Position numbers and translations under genes: made by a program
Source of the DNA: Antedon mediterranea
Lineage: Eukaryota > Animalia > Echinodermata
Length of the DNA: 64,000 nucleotides
Reading direction: 5' to 3'
Assembly: GCF_964355755.1 (NCBI RefSeq)
Contig: NC_092670.1
Location: 7,430,201-7,494,200 of the forward strand
The notes under the pieces: model-generated
What the model was told of the DNA's origin: nothing
The model's database searches: none
Seen by the model: only the letters and a program-made list of their open reading frames with translations
Part shown: positions 39,430 to 51,029 of the stretch, one piece after another
How positions within the stretch are numbered: position 1 is the stretch's first letter
Layout of the letters: every line of letters starts with the position of its first letter

Positions 39430-39635
39430 TCAGAGTCGAGTGACCGAGCGATTAGGGCAGGGGCGACGCCGCAAACCATAGCTATACATTTGGCATAGAT
39501 CATTCCTCGACCATCGTTCTGGTGGTAGAACATTTGTCTTCTCGGATAAGGACTTCAAACTGGAGGTCCAGTGTACACATCTGGCTTGTGTGCACGTACT
39601 CAAGAACCCAGTACATTTTTTGGAAGAATAGTAAT
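39430..39635 (+). mobile_element. Deu-domain SINE fragment with a tRNA-like head
   Basis: A-box-like GTGACCGAGCGATTAGG, then the gttctggtggtagaac...tcttctcggataaggact core shared with the 54.5 kb copy. Confidence 0.7.
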
Positions 39636-40021
39636 ATCCATCAAGTGTGTGAGAATTGATATAATGCAAGCGCTTTCCGTCGAGCTGTCTATGTAGTCAA
39701 GTGGATTAAACTATGAACTTTGTATGCCGTGTATCGATTCCCATGAGCAACTTCTTTTTACTTTATAGTGAGAGAGATTATTATGAGGGTTAGATTCGCT
39801 TCACGGATTGAGCCGCGTTGAAAAGGATATGGTGGCGGTGGTGCGTGACGGGCACACATTTACAAAGAAGGCATAGAAGGCACAGTGTAAAGATTAACAT
39901 CTACTTTAACGAGAGGTTAAACCATTTGAGATCAAATGCAATCCAATTGGTCGCAAGATTGATTTTCGAAAGCGCAGTCAACAGCCTAACCTAACGTTGC
40001 GCGTTACTGTTGCACTCAGGT

Positions 40022-40322
40022 GGCCGTGTTTCCGCAGCCAAAAATTAAACGATAATTAACCAATAAAAATTAACCGATAGGCCTAATCAACCGATAACTG
40101 CTTGTGGAAACGGGGTTTAACCGATTCCACTCGAGAAAAATTAACCGTTAATAATCTCATTCAAATCGGATAATTATCGGATAAATGCGATAATATCTAT
40201 ATCTGACCGAAAAACACATTGCGTTGTGATTGGGAATCTGGTTGTTTGGTAATGACTGATCATGCGCACTTTTTTGGTTAAAAAATTAACCAAAAATGTG
40301 TTTTGGCTGCGGAAACACGACC
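40022..40322. mobile_element. MITE of about 300 bp
   Basis: TIR GGCCGTGTTTCCGCAGCCAAAA / TTTTGGCTGCGGAAACACGACC, with internal TTAACCGAT repeats. Confidence 0.75.
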
Positions 40323-41379
40323 AAGAACAATTATAGGGACTTTGTCGAAGTTCAGTGGTATGTCTATTGCATATCCAATCAAATATATTATATATAAATA
40401 TATTCAGGTTTGTTGTATTGTGTTTTAACCTACCAGTATGTATATATTTTATGATGAATAGACTATATTTAATTTGTATTTTAATTTTGTGACATTTTTA
40501 TTTTGCGCATCTCTAAAATATGGCTTGACCTTCCAACTAGAGTGTTGACAAAGTGCGAGGCACGCGAGGCAAGCGAGGCATGCAAAATATTTGTGCGAGG
40601 CATCATTTTATCATTTCCAAAAGTGCGAGGCATGCGAGGCATATAGTTTACAATTTCAAAAAGGTGCGAGGCATTTAACGTGCTATTATGCTATATTATA
40701 GGCCTAATAATCAATCGATACAAGCGTATCTAAATAGATTCGTGTATACACTCATCATGTTGTTTATTTTTATGTAACGATTGTTTTTTCATTCAAGTCA
40801 TATCGTGTCAAATTTTACTTTTACAAAAGTGCCCAAACTACGGTTCAAAAATCTGAACGACAGTCTTCAACTTTCGATAAACAATAATTGTTATAGCGAC
40901 ACACTCATCAAATGACTGCAATGTTTGTTGGCATTTCGAGCGTGTTCACTCACATGTCTCTCGAACATAGCAGAGTGAAAATAATATTTTGTCACACCCC
41001 TGCGCCTAGATCCGGTAGACCCGAGAGATGGAAAATCCCTCTTTACTATTTAGCAGGTAGCGGAATGATTCAGCCCTCAGCTCAGAGGATTGTGGTGCAT
41101 TCCCCTCCTATAGCACGTGGTTTCAGCAGCAACGCACAGACTTCTCTCTGAGCGGCGTGCCAAAGACATTTTTGACATTCCATTCTCTAGGAACAACACG
41201 TGTACCTTTCTCGCAAATAAGGTGAACAGCGATTGCCAGGACAAGTTCAATAACTGGCGGTGAATAAAAGGTAACTGATATGCCGATCCAATAACATGCC
41301 GCAAAGAAAAAAATTGCGACAGAATTCTGGAGCGCGTGTGAATATGGAACGCCTCCTCTGCCTTCAGTTCACATTTATC

Positions 41380-41756
41380 ATGCAGTACACACCAATCGTA
41401 ATGCAGTACACACCAATCGTCATGCAGTACACACCAATCGTCATGCAGTACACACCAATCGTCATGCAGTACACACCAAACATCATGCAGTACACACCAA
41501 TCGTCATGCAGTACACACCAATCGTCATGCAGTACACACCAATGGTCATGCAGTACACACCAATTGTCATGCAGTACACACCAATCGTCGTTCACATTTA
41601 TCATGCAGTACACACCAATCGTCATGCAGTACACACCAATCGTCATGCAGTACACACCAATCGTCATGCAGTACACACCAATCGTCATGCAGTACACACC
41701 AATTGTCATGCAGTACACACCAATCGTCATGCAGTACACACCAATCGTCATGCAGT
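41380..41756 (+). repeat. 21-bp minisatellite (ATGCAGTACACACCAATCGTC)n, left arm
   Basis: About 17 units with one GTTCACATTTATC interruption. Confidence 0.95.
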
Positions 41757-42089
41757 CAAATATTGCGTAATTTATACCGCCACCTATCGACAAAATCGAA
41801 TATCACGTGAGTTTTATTAGACGGCTGTAAAACTAAGACTATTTAAACTTCTTTTATGGAATTCAATAATTGCAATGGCCTCCTAGCCGCGCCTGTGTCT
41901 CGCATAATAAATTATTGTATATATAAAAAACAGAGCATTCACAGAGATGTGTAGCGGTTAAAATAAGTACAGTATGTCAAACATAAAAGAAATCTTAGAG
42001 TCGATGGCCTAGTTTTACAGCCGTCTAATAAACGTCACGTGATATTCGATTTTGTCGATAGGTGGCGGTATAAATTACGCAATATTTCA

Positions 42090-42472
42090 CTGCATGACGA
42101 TTGGTGTGTACTGCATGACGATTGGTGTGTACTGCATGACAATTGGTGTGTACTGCATGACCATTGGTGTGTACTGCATGATGTTTGGTGTGTACTGCAT
42201 GACGATTGGTGTGTACTGCATGATGTTTGGTGTGTACTGCATGACGATTGGTGTGTACTGCATGACCATTGGTGTGTACTGCATGACGATTGGTGTGTAC
42301 TGCATGACCATTGGTGTGTACTGCATGATAAATGTGAACGACGATTGGTGTGTACTGCATGACCATTGGTGTGTACTGCATGACCATTGGTGTGTACTGC
42401 ATGACCATTGGTGTGTACTGCATGACCATTGGTGTGTACTGCATGACCATTGGTGTGTACTGCATGACCATT
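42090..42472 (-). repeat. Same 21-bp minisatellite, inverted, right arm
   Basis: Reverse-complement array with the same interruption. The flanks 41343-41835 and 42010-42503 are also inverted. Confidence 0.95.
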
Positions 42473-42769
42473 GTGAACTGAAGGCAGAGGAGGCGTTCCA
42501 TATGTGAAAAAAGACTTACGTCCGACAATTGTAATACTAGGCCTAAAATTTTAATATGCTTAGCCCTAACCTAGATAAGAGGCCTATGTAGAAAATAATT
42601 TAATCAATTTTGATATAATAATAATTGGTGTAATATTTAATAATGATACACTATTCCTGTTTTAGTAAGCTAGGTATATTACGAACGATTTTTATTTATT
42701 GTTGTCCATGTACGTACTAATAAACCTGGCGCAAGTTTCCTTCGCTTGTATTTTTACTCCAAATTTGAT

Positions 42770-43525
42770 AACTAACTTTATCGTGTGAATACCACACCTT
42801 AGAAGTATACCTCATGAGTACTTTAATGAAAGAATCACATAAAAAGTAACAAATAAATCCTTAAATTAGGCCTAATGATTTTACAGGCGTGTTTCTCGCA
42901 CACTGTTCGCGAATTTCACTTATTCAATGTTCAATATTTTTGTTTCTATGGAGCGCCAAAAGAGCAACGATAATAGAGGACTAAAACTCAGTGGAATGCG
43001 TCAATTTCTCATGCATTTATTGGTGGAAAACACGTTTCATTTCAATATATTTGTTAATTTGTCAATAAAAATGTTGTAATATGTTACTGCTGATACTGTT
43101 CTGTTTTCAAAGAATAATAATCGATCCTAAATCAACATCACTACCTAGTCTAGACCTAGGACATCCTACTAAGGATATTATGATGAATTTTTCTATTTTA
43201 TTCTTTAAAAGGTTAACGAAACCGTGTACATTATCAACAGTAACATTTTTCCTTACTGACAGTGACAAAATCTATTGAAATTGTACTTGATTTTCACCAA
43301 ATAATGCGTTAAATATAAATGGATTCCACATTTTAGCCCTCTAATTAATTTTGCTCTTTTGGCGTTCCATAGAAACCAAAATATTGAACATTGAGTGTGC
43401 GAAATGCGAGAAAAACAACGTCTGTAAAATCACCAATTTAATGGATTTATTGTTACTTTTATGTGATTTTTCTTCATTAAAGTAGGCCTACTAATTCTAA
43501 GCTGTGGTATTCAGGATAAAGTTGG
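42770..43525. repeat. Second inverted-repeat pair inside the MULE-like element
   Basis: 42770-43000 mirrors 43320-43525, for example caatgttcaatattt...ctatggagcgccaaaagagcaa. Confidence 0.75.
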
Positions 43526-44491
43526 TTAAAATACAAGGCAGGTGCAAAGGGAAACTAGCCTAGCGGGCCTAGGCCTAGGCTACTTCAATTTCGGTGATTT
43601 CCTGCCTTGCAATTTTGAGAAATGATAAAATGATGCCTCGCATTTTTTGATGATGGTAAAACGATGCCTCGCATAAATTTCTGACTTGCCTCGCATGCCT
43701 TCCCTGCCTCGCATGCCTTCCCTGCCTCGCATGCCTTCCCAGCCTCGCATGCCTTCCCTGCCTCGCGTGCCTCGCTGCCTCGCTGCCTCGCACTTTGTTA
43801 CTACCCTTCCAACTACTCAATAAAACCCTTTACAATTAAGTATTTAAATTTTAGTTAACAACGCTTACAGGTGTATTGTCCCCGAAAAACATCAAATTGA
43901 TAATTAAAGATTAATAAAATCAGATTAGACTGTTTTGTAGATTTAACAAAATCAATCACTTCCGTATAAAAAAACGAACAAAATGATTTCATTTATATAA
44001 TGACAAAATAAACGGCTAAATTCAACCAAATTTGGCTCTTTTTTTGCTTTCAATTATTTTTTCGGTAAATATATTTTTCGCTCCAATTTTTGGTCAAAGT
44101 GAATAACTATTATGTGACATTAGTTACAATGGCATATTCAACAAAAAAATTCCAGGAGGCCAATATATATTTAAACTTATGTTCTTGTTATTTTTGTTTT
44201 ACGTGTGATCCACTCTTGTGATACCATTGTTGCGAGAAACTTATGTTTACAGATAGAAATAAAACAAACATGTATACAAACTTTCGTATGCAGGTCCCTC
44301 TGTCCACCCCATCCCCCCCCCCCCTCTCCTCCTCAATTAGGAATTTTAAGAAGACCATCGTTTCAAGATTGCTATCTAATTATGTATTATACTTAATGAT
44401 TATGTAGATAATTAATTAATTAATTAATTACATTATTTTGTATCATGATGCACCTTCGTTTTGGTATATAAAATCGTCGTGTATACTTTAT

Positions 44492-45029
44492 TAGGGACTT
44501 TACGAAACACGACGGGAAGCCACAGGACGGTGCTCATGAATAATTTATGCGGGCGGAGCTTATCGTGAAACTCAGTGTCTTAACTTTTTGAGGACGATAA
44601 AGTTCCCATTTTCCCGTTTACGGAGAACGAATAGAAATAATGTACATATAACCTTAAATATACAGTTCAAATTACAATTAAACGTGGACATTTCAAAACT
44701 CTAATATTTGAATTCTAATTTAATTGTTTAACGATATACGATATAACATTTTTATTGGGTTAAAATGGCTGTTAAAAGCAATACATTCTGCTTGAATGCG
44801 AGGCTCATAGATAGCTAGGAAGGCTAGGTCTATGCTGTTCCACCACAGCCAAGCGATTCAGAGGGGACATTCGCCGCTAGACAGGGGAAGGGGAGAGATA
44901 CCGTCGGTCGTCGTCGTCTTCGTAACTAATAAAATAAAATAAAACGGCTATTGACTGATGATTTTACGCTCTAGCAAACACAGGATATTCGTCGTCCTCC
45001 CTTAACCGTCGTGTTTCGTAAAGTCTCTA
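44492..45029. mobile_element. MITE of about 540 bp
   Basis: TIR TAGGGACTTTACGAAACACGACGG / CCGTCGTGTTTCGTAAAGTCTCTA. Confidence 0.8.
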
Positions 45030-45104
45030 TTGTATAACTAACGTTTAATCTAAATGTTCTATCTCTATCTATCTCATTAACCGATATTTGAATATTCTTC
45101 TCAG

Positions 45105-45170
45105 ATGGTTCGAGAGGAAGTTGTGTATATTTTCGAAATGTGTATACATGTTCAGAGGATTTAGGAACAG
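45105..45170 (+). CDS. Orphan gene 2, exon A (66 nt, phase 2-2; in-frame ATG at 45148)
   Basis: Acceptor ttcttctcag, donor AG|gtacga. Translation WFERKLCIFSKCVYMFRGFRNR. Confidence 0.5.
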
Positions 45171-45476
45171 GTACGATTTTCACTTGTAAAACGGATTCCT
45201 ACCGTATGGACATTTATACCAAATATTAGATTAGATAGTGTTCACTGTGCAATTCCAACACCAGCTAATGTAGCATGGTCAACAGCTAATGTAGTAATGA
45301 AATTTGCCAGTGAGTTACTATCGCCAGAAAATGTGTGCAAATGCATCTCTTTACTCAGATAAAATTATCAGTCTATCCATCTCTCGTAAACGACCACCTT
45401 CCAAAAAGCGACCACCTTTTGATGGTTCTATAAAATTACTAATTAAATAATAATGGTAATAATAATCTCGTTTCAG

Positions 45477-45611
45477 GTTTGTTCATTCCTCATTTCTAGC
45501 ATTTGTGCTTAATTTCATGTTGTTGCTAGCAAAGGCGTTTTACAACATCGCCAAACTAAGCTATGGTCTTCTAAAGCTACTTGCCTTAGATACAGGGCAA
45601 TTCATGCTAAG
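45477..45611 (+). CDS. Orphan gene 2, exon B (135 nt, phase 2-2), TM-like
   Basis: Acceptor ctcgtttcag, donor AG|gtagga. Translation FVHSSFLAFVLNFMLLLAKAFYNIAKLSYGLLKLLALDTGQFML. Confidence 0.6.
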
Positions 45612-45847
45612 GTAGGATTTTCGCTTGTAAACGGGGATTACCTAGTCAGGCTATTTTTACCAGAACAGCTGTAGTATCCATAGCAAATTTCGCGTGATGT
45701 GTATCATGTATTAGTTCTATGCAGAATTACTCTGCCAATTTCTTATTTAGAGGGCAATGGAACCAGATCTTTGCAAATCCTTTTGAATAGGAATTCTAAG
45801 AAGCTACGACCTACTGTAAATATTTAATTAAAATTATATTTACACAG

Positions 45848-46015
45848 TATTGGTATCTCGTTTCAAGTTATTTTTTTACACAATCCTGAAATTGTATCTT
45901 ATAGGCCTGAATATCGCGGTTATATCATTAATCTGTATCTGAACATTCTTAAAAGATGGGTCATGGAGATTTTGTGCGAAATCGCGACATTTTTTAATTG
46001 CATCTTTATGGACAG
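45848..46015 (+). CDS. Orphan gene 2, exon C (168 nt, or 111 nt from the alternative acceptor at 45905)
   Basis: Acceptor attttacacag, donor AG|gtagga. Translation IGISFQVIFLHNPEIVSYRPEYRGYIINLYLNILKRWVMEILCEIATFFNCIFMDR. Both acceptors keep the frame. Confidence 0.55.
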
Positions 46016-46457
46016 GTAGGATTTTCACTTGTTAAAACGGATTCCTACCGTATTGTGATTTATACCAGATTAGATATCGTATGTGCAAAATCAATGTCCT
46101 GTCAGGTTTTAGCAATCGCCAAATATAAAGTCAGAGCAACCTTTAATCCACCGCAAATGTAGTACCGTATAGGCTACAGCTTATGACTAAACACGTCCAA
46201 ACAACATGTACTACCAATCGTAAGCGACCACCTCTCTCAAAACCACTCTAAATTTTAAAACTGAACAGTTGGTGTTATTCTAATGTCAACATAATAGGCC
46301 TAGTTATAAATTCCCGGAACAATTGGTTTATCTGTTTTATGGGTTTACAATACGGCGTTGGCGGAAAATGTCATCGAGTATTAAATAATCTTATTTTACA
46401 GTAACAGTATCAATAACAGTGACAACAACAATAACAATAATAATAATCTCGTTCCAG

Positions 46458-46610
46458 GGTTGTTTACCCAGTGCTAGGACTATTATATATGATAGTTAAA
46501 TGGTGTGTGAATTTCATCATGTTGTTAGTCATGGCGTTCTACAACATCTACAGACTAAGCTACTATGTTGTGAAGATATGTGGCTTAGATACAAGACAAT
46601 TCATAAGAAG
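46458..46610 (+). CDS. Orphan gene 2, exon D (153 nt, phase 2-2), paralog of exon B
   Basis: Acceptor ctcgttccag, donor AG|gtagga. Translation VVYPVLGLLYMIVKWCVNFIMLLVMAFYNIYRLSYYVVKICGLDTRQFIRR. Confidence 0.6.
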
Positions 46611-46697
46611 GTAGGATTTTAATGTTTAATTTCAAATAAACAATTAATAGATTATTATTTTTTTTTTTATTATTATTATGATAAAACAATTTTTCAG

Positions 46698-46962
46698 GGG
46701 TTACAGAAGCTTCAAGATGATGATGAGAGACTTAACGAATAGGAACATCAGGAAAAGAAAGGATCACAGGATGGCTACCCTAGATGAGGAGCAAACCAGT
46801 GGCGTAACGGCTATGAGCACTAACTGGCTAAACCCAGGGGCCCTGAAGCTTATGGGGCCCCTGAGCAGTGCCCAGAATAAATCGAATGTCGAAAATGCAT
46901 TGGATGGTTCTAAACCAGGGGACTTAGGCCTGCGTGTTACGCCACTGGAGCAAACCCTTTAA
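46698..46962 (+). CDS. Orphan gene 2, terminal exon (basic tail plus in-frame MITE)
   Basis: Acceptor aatttttcag. The phase-2 frame GYRSFKMMMRDLTNRNIRKRKDHRMATLDEEQT... is open to TAA at 46960-46962. Confidence 0.55.
46797..46947. mobile_element. 151-bp hAT-type MITE
   Basis: TIR CAGTGGCGTAAC / GTTACGCCACTG with a perfect 8-bp TSD GAGCAAAC (46789-46796 and 46948-46955). Confidence 0.9.
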
Positions 46963-47779
46963 GATAATCTCTATACACTAAACAAATCTCAATACACTAC
47001 ACAAATATCAATATAGGCCTACACTAAACAAATTTCAAGTTCAAGTTCAAATTTATTCACATAATGCAAACATATACAAAATATAAAAGATACAAGTGGT
47101 TGGAAATTAAGTAAATAATAGTTGCATTATACCTGGAGAATACCATTTAAACCCCAAGGGGCTTTAAGCCTGGATCCACCAGAAAGAATAAAAAAGTTAA
47201 AAATAATAATAATAAGCAAGGTGAAGGTAAGCTACTGACAGACAGGGACGGACATGTACGACGATACAAACACGACAAGGACGACAGGAAGGACAAACTG
47301 TATTTATATGATTTGCCTAATTAAATTTAATTATAAGTTATATGGTTTTCCTTATATTATAGTTGTCTTGTATCTTGTATTAATATCAAATGTATATCTG
47401 TTTAAAAATACCGTGCGAATATGTTATAGTAAATCTAACACAACTAATACTATCTAGGCATAAAGATGCATTTTGTTTGCAGTATTATATTACGTATGAA
47501 TAGCTAAATTTTGAATTAAACCGACCAAATTTGAAATTAAATTGTTTTGATCTGTCCAAATGTAGAATAGAAATATATTAGCATATTAGAAATATTAATT
47601 AGGCCTACCGCTACCTACCTACCTACTTTTGTGTCGCTGGAAGAGTGAAATTACACTCTTTCCCTATTTTTTTTTCAAACTTTTTCGCGCTTGTGTGCAA
47701 CGGCGATGGCGTCATCTAACCTCGTACGTGGTTCCAAAGATTGCCTTTTATTATTGTTATATAAAATATCTGAGAAACT

Positions 47780-48570
47780 TACTTTTAAGCTTACCATGGA
47801 TAACTTGCCTGGTAGCTGTATGAAAAAACATATTATATACCGGTACTTGTTTCAATCTCATCATCAGTTGATAAAGTGAATTAGTTAGGCACAAAGTAAG
47901 GACTAGGCTTGTAGGTGTGTACAATACTAGAATAGTATCTTAAACACATATTGTAATATGACAAGCCTGGTAAACAACAACAATAAGTTAAAATTCCAAG
48001 TATGCGATTTTTGCTAATTTAGAATAATGGCATGAGTTACTTGTTTGTTAAGTAAAGGTTTTTACTCTTGATATAAAGTACCTAATTGTTTTTTTGCGTT
48101 GGAAATTCCTTTTAGATGTAACTTTACATTGAGGAGAACCATTTAAATGTTTAAAGATGTGTGAATTCGTATCCGTTTATATGTTCGTTAACGCGCGTTC
48201 TGATTGTTGGCCTGTCTCGCCGCGAATTATTATACATAGCCTCCTAAAAACAAATTTGTATTTAACGCACCCACGGATACAGAGATACGTTGTTTGACCT
48301 GAGAATTGAAAATGGTTAATTTTAGACATAAACATATTTTGACTTTTAACTTTATTGTTGTTGTTTACCAAGGCGTGTCACATCACAATATATGTGTACA
48401 ATAACATTCCACAGGTATAGTTATACACACTGTGGCTATTTAAACATTATCATGGCCGTGGTTGAAGTTTTATTATTTTTATTAATAGTAATAATGTTGT
48501 ATTTATTATAATACAGCTACCAACATGTTTTTATACAGCTACCAAAATGTTTCGTGGTAAACTTTAAATA
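47780..48570. repeat. Degenerate foldback element
   Basis: ggtagctgtat pairs with atacagctacc, and ggtaaacaacaacaataa pairs with ttattgttgttgtttacc. Confidence 0.6.
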
Positions 48571-50779
48571 AATAACTATATTAAACTAATCAATATTGAA
48601 TTATTATTATACACTGTTAATCATAGAATGAAATAGTAAAAATAAATGCATTTGTAGTGTATTCAAACAGTTTTAATTTGCATGCACAGCGTGCTAAATG
48701 CTAATTGGTTTGAAGTATATTCAAACATATTGATTTTTGTTGTCTATGTTAAAGGCAATTAGAATATAACAAAGCTATTGCACCTCTGTGTCGCTGGATT
48801 TTTGTTTCACGTGTTTATTAAAATGACAGTATAATAGATAAATAAATATGAGTAATAATAAATGTGAGGTAGGCCTACAAACGAAAAAGTATAACTATAA
48901 TATTAGGCCGCCTAGATCGACGATGTCAAAAAATCAATTTGGTGAAGGTATTTACTATAACTAGGCTTAATAATAATTGTGTTTATCTTGTATCTTAGCA
49001 TTTAAACTATAGTGTTTCTAATGTACGCTCACCCGATTCACTGGTAGGACTACACTTGGCAAAATGTAACAAAACTTCCAACGAGAACGTGCGAACGCGT
49101 TACAGTTGTGATAAAATGTTACATTTTGCGTGTGTGAAGTTCTGAATCGACGTGTATGGCTTATAATTATTAATTTATTTACTTCGTTATGATTTGTTTA
49201 TCAATTAAGTTTAGATATTACTGAATCAATTGACACATTTAATAGATTTGGGAACAGCCTGTCTGGCTAGTGTTTCTATGTCGGTTGTCTACCGTATGTC
49301 TATGATTACAATAAAAACAACATGCCACTATGTTTGTAGTTACGGTCTTTTTTTATAAAATATTTAGTTTAAAAAAAATCATTTGTTCTTCAGAAGGCAA
49401 TCGTAATTTGTTTAATCCAAAAATTACTCATCAACGAAATATAACATATTTTAGAAATTAAGACATTTCAAACTGCAGCCATGACATTTCGACTAAACAA
49501 CCATCAATATACCAAATAAAATGGAAATTAAACAAAAGATTATATCATTAATTTGATCATTTGTAATCATGTGATTGTTTATTTTACCACAATTGGCATT
49601 ATAATCTATATTACCAGACGAGAATATTTAGAATATAATTAGTAAAATTGAAATCCTCTTTATTGCCTTAAAAAAATGAATGCTTTTAATGGGGGGGGGG
49701 GGGGGAATCATCACTATCTTCTATACGTCGGTTATTTTTGTTTGGGTTTGGATGTATTGCTTAACGGGATGGGGAGAAATTGCATTCAACAAAGTAATAA
49801 TTAATAGATCGTCTGATTTTAGAAAAATCAGCATAATCATTGATTCACTTTCAAAGTGATGGTGACAAATTTGCTTCACCATAATTGACGGACTTCATCC
49901 CTACCAAAATGTGATTCTCAATCGGTCATATAAGTGGACGTTTGAGAGTTCCTGCTGAATATAGGCCTATTGCGATTATTCTGTTGCTATGGGTATTCTC
50001 TTCTTTAATGAAGATGATCAATAAGGTAAATTTTTTACGTTTTTCCTATATCTCACTGAATTTTAAAGCAATAATAAAGTTAGTAAGATCAAAGCTGGTT
50101 AAGATGAAATTCTGATTTTGTTTTATGATTGTTTGTATTTGTTCAACAATTACCTGATATACCGTACCAGAACCCGTATTATCCGTTGAGAGTTCATCTT
50201 ACTATGAGGAAATAGTTAGTTTTGCTTTTTTAATTTCCTTATATGAACGAAATAAAATCGATAAAATCCTTTTATTGATGTAAACCTTTTAAAATACTGT
50301 AATCTTATCATGGGCGGATTTTAACAACAGACTTTCATTGTAATATCTAATTGGTGAAATGGGTGAATGCACATAGGCCCTATAGTGATCCCGCCGATTA
50401 TTGTAGGCCTACTTTTGTATTTCAATTTGTACGCATATTTTTTATCCAAGGAATAAAAATGTCGTGAATTGTGCCATTGTGAGCGTGGTTTTATTGTCGA
50501 TATTATTAAATAAAAAGATAGCAAAATAGGGCCTACTGTATCACTAAAATATCGTGAACAAAATTAATGTAGATCTAAATCGAACAGTATTAATAGACTT
50601 CTTGCATTGGATTTAGGATTAACCCAGATCCCAGGATGATTAACCGATATGTGAAATATTAATATTCTCACCAAGTTTCATAGTAGTAGGTTAGTAATGG
50701 GCACTCATATCAGAGCAGAGATTGTTAGGGTATTTAGGCATGGACTTGGCGTATTTAATCCGTCACAGTTCATTTACTT

Positions 50780-50970
50780 TTTCCAGGTACGTCTCACATG
50801 CCTCCTCCAGCCAATCAAAAGTGGCCATCGTCCGCCCGAGCCGTCGATGGCGGTAGAGACGTGTTGTTTTCCGCCAGCATCCAAAACAAAATTATCGGTT
50901 AATTTGTAGGCGATAGTAGCCTAGCCTAGTCTAGTAGTAGACCATTAGGCGTAAAATAAAAGTAAAATGG
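50780..50970 (+). promoter_or_regulatory. HACL1 proximal promoter
   Basis: Locally CpG-rich. CCAAT at about 50811, and YY1-like GATGGCGG and AAAATGGC motifs, the latter overlapping the ATG. Confidence 0.5.
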
Positions 50971-51029
50971 CAGAAGACGAGGACACTGTAGATGGAAATT
51001 TCGTATTATCAGAGGCACTTAAAGCCCAG
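50967..51029 (+). CDS. HACL1: HACL1 exon 1
   Basis: [21 protein letters not shown]|gt. Confidence 0.9.

Larger units (their letters stand above)
40540..43806. mobile_element. 3.27-kb non-autonomous Mutator (MULE)-like element
   Basis: 9-bp TSD TTCCAACTA (40531-40539 and 43807-43815). G-starting imperfect TIRs with arrays of GCGAGGCA/TGCCTCGC subterminal repeats. Confidence 0.75.

Noticed and set aside
41380-42472. CRISPR-like array
   Set aside because: Contiguous tandem units with no unique spacers, no cas genes and a eukaryotic context. The same holds for the arrays at 55204-55335 and 61092-61545.
41077-42528. Overlapping ORFs with MTIGVYC / HDDWCVL / MQYTPIV / HAVHTNR repeats
   Set aside because: By-product of a 21-bp unit that lacks stops in several frames on both strands, inside a transposon. 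The frame switches at the array interruption.
43575-43820. ORF with RHARQG repeats
   Set aside because: Translation of the 18-bp subterminal repeats of the MULE-like TIR.
47000-50900. Biotinidase (BTD) head-to-head with HACL1 as in vertebrates
   Set aside because: No minus-strand exons resembling biotinidase or vanin were found upstream of the promoter.
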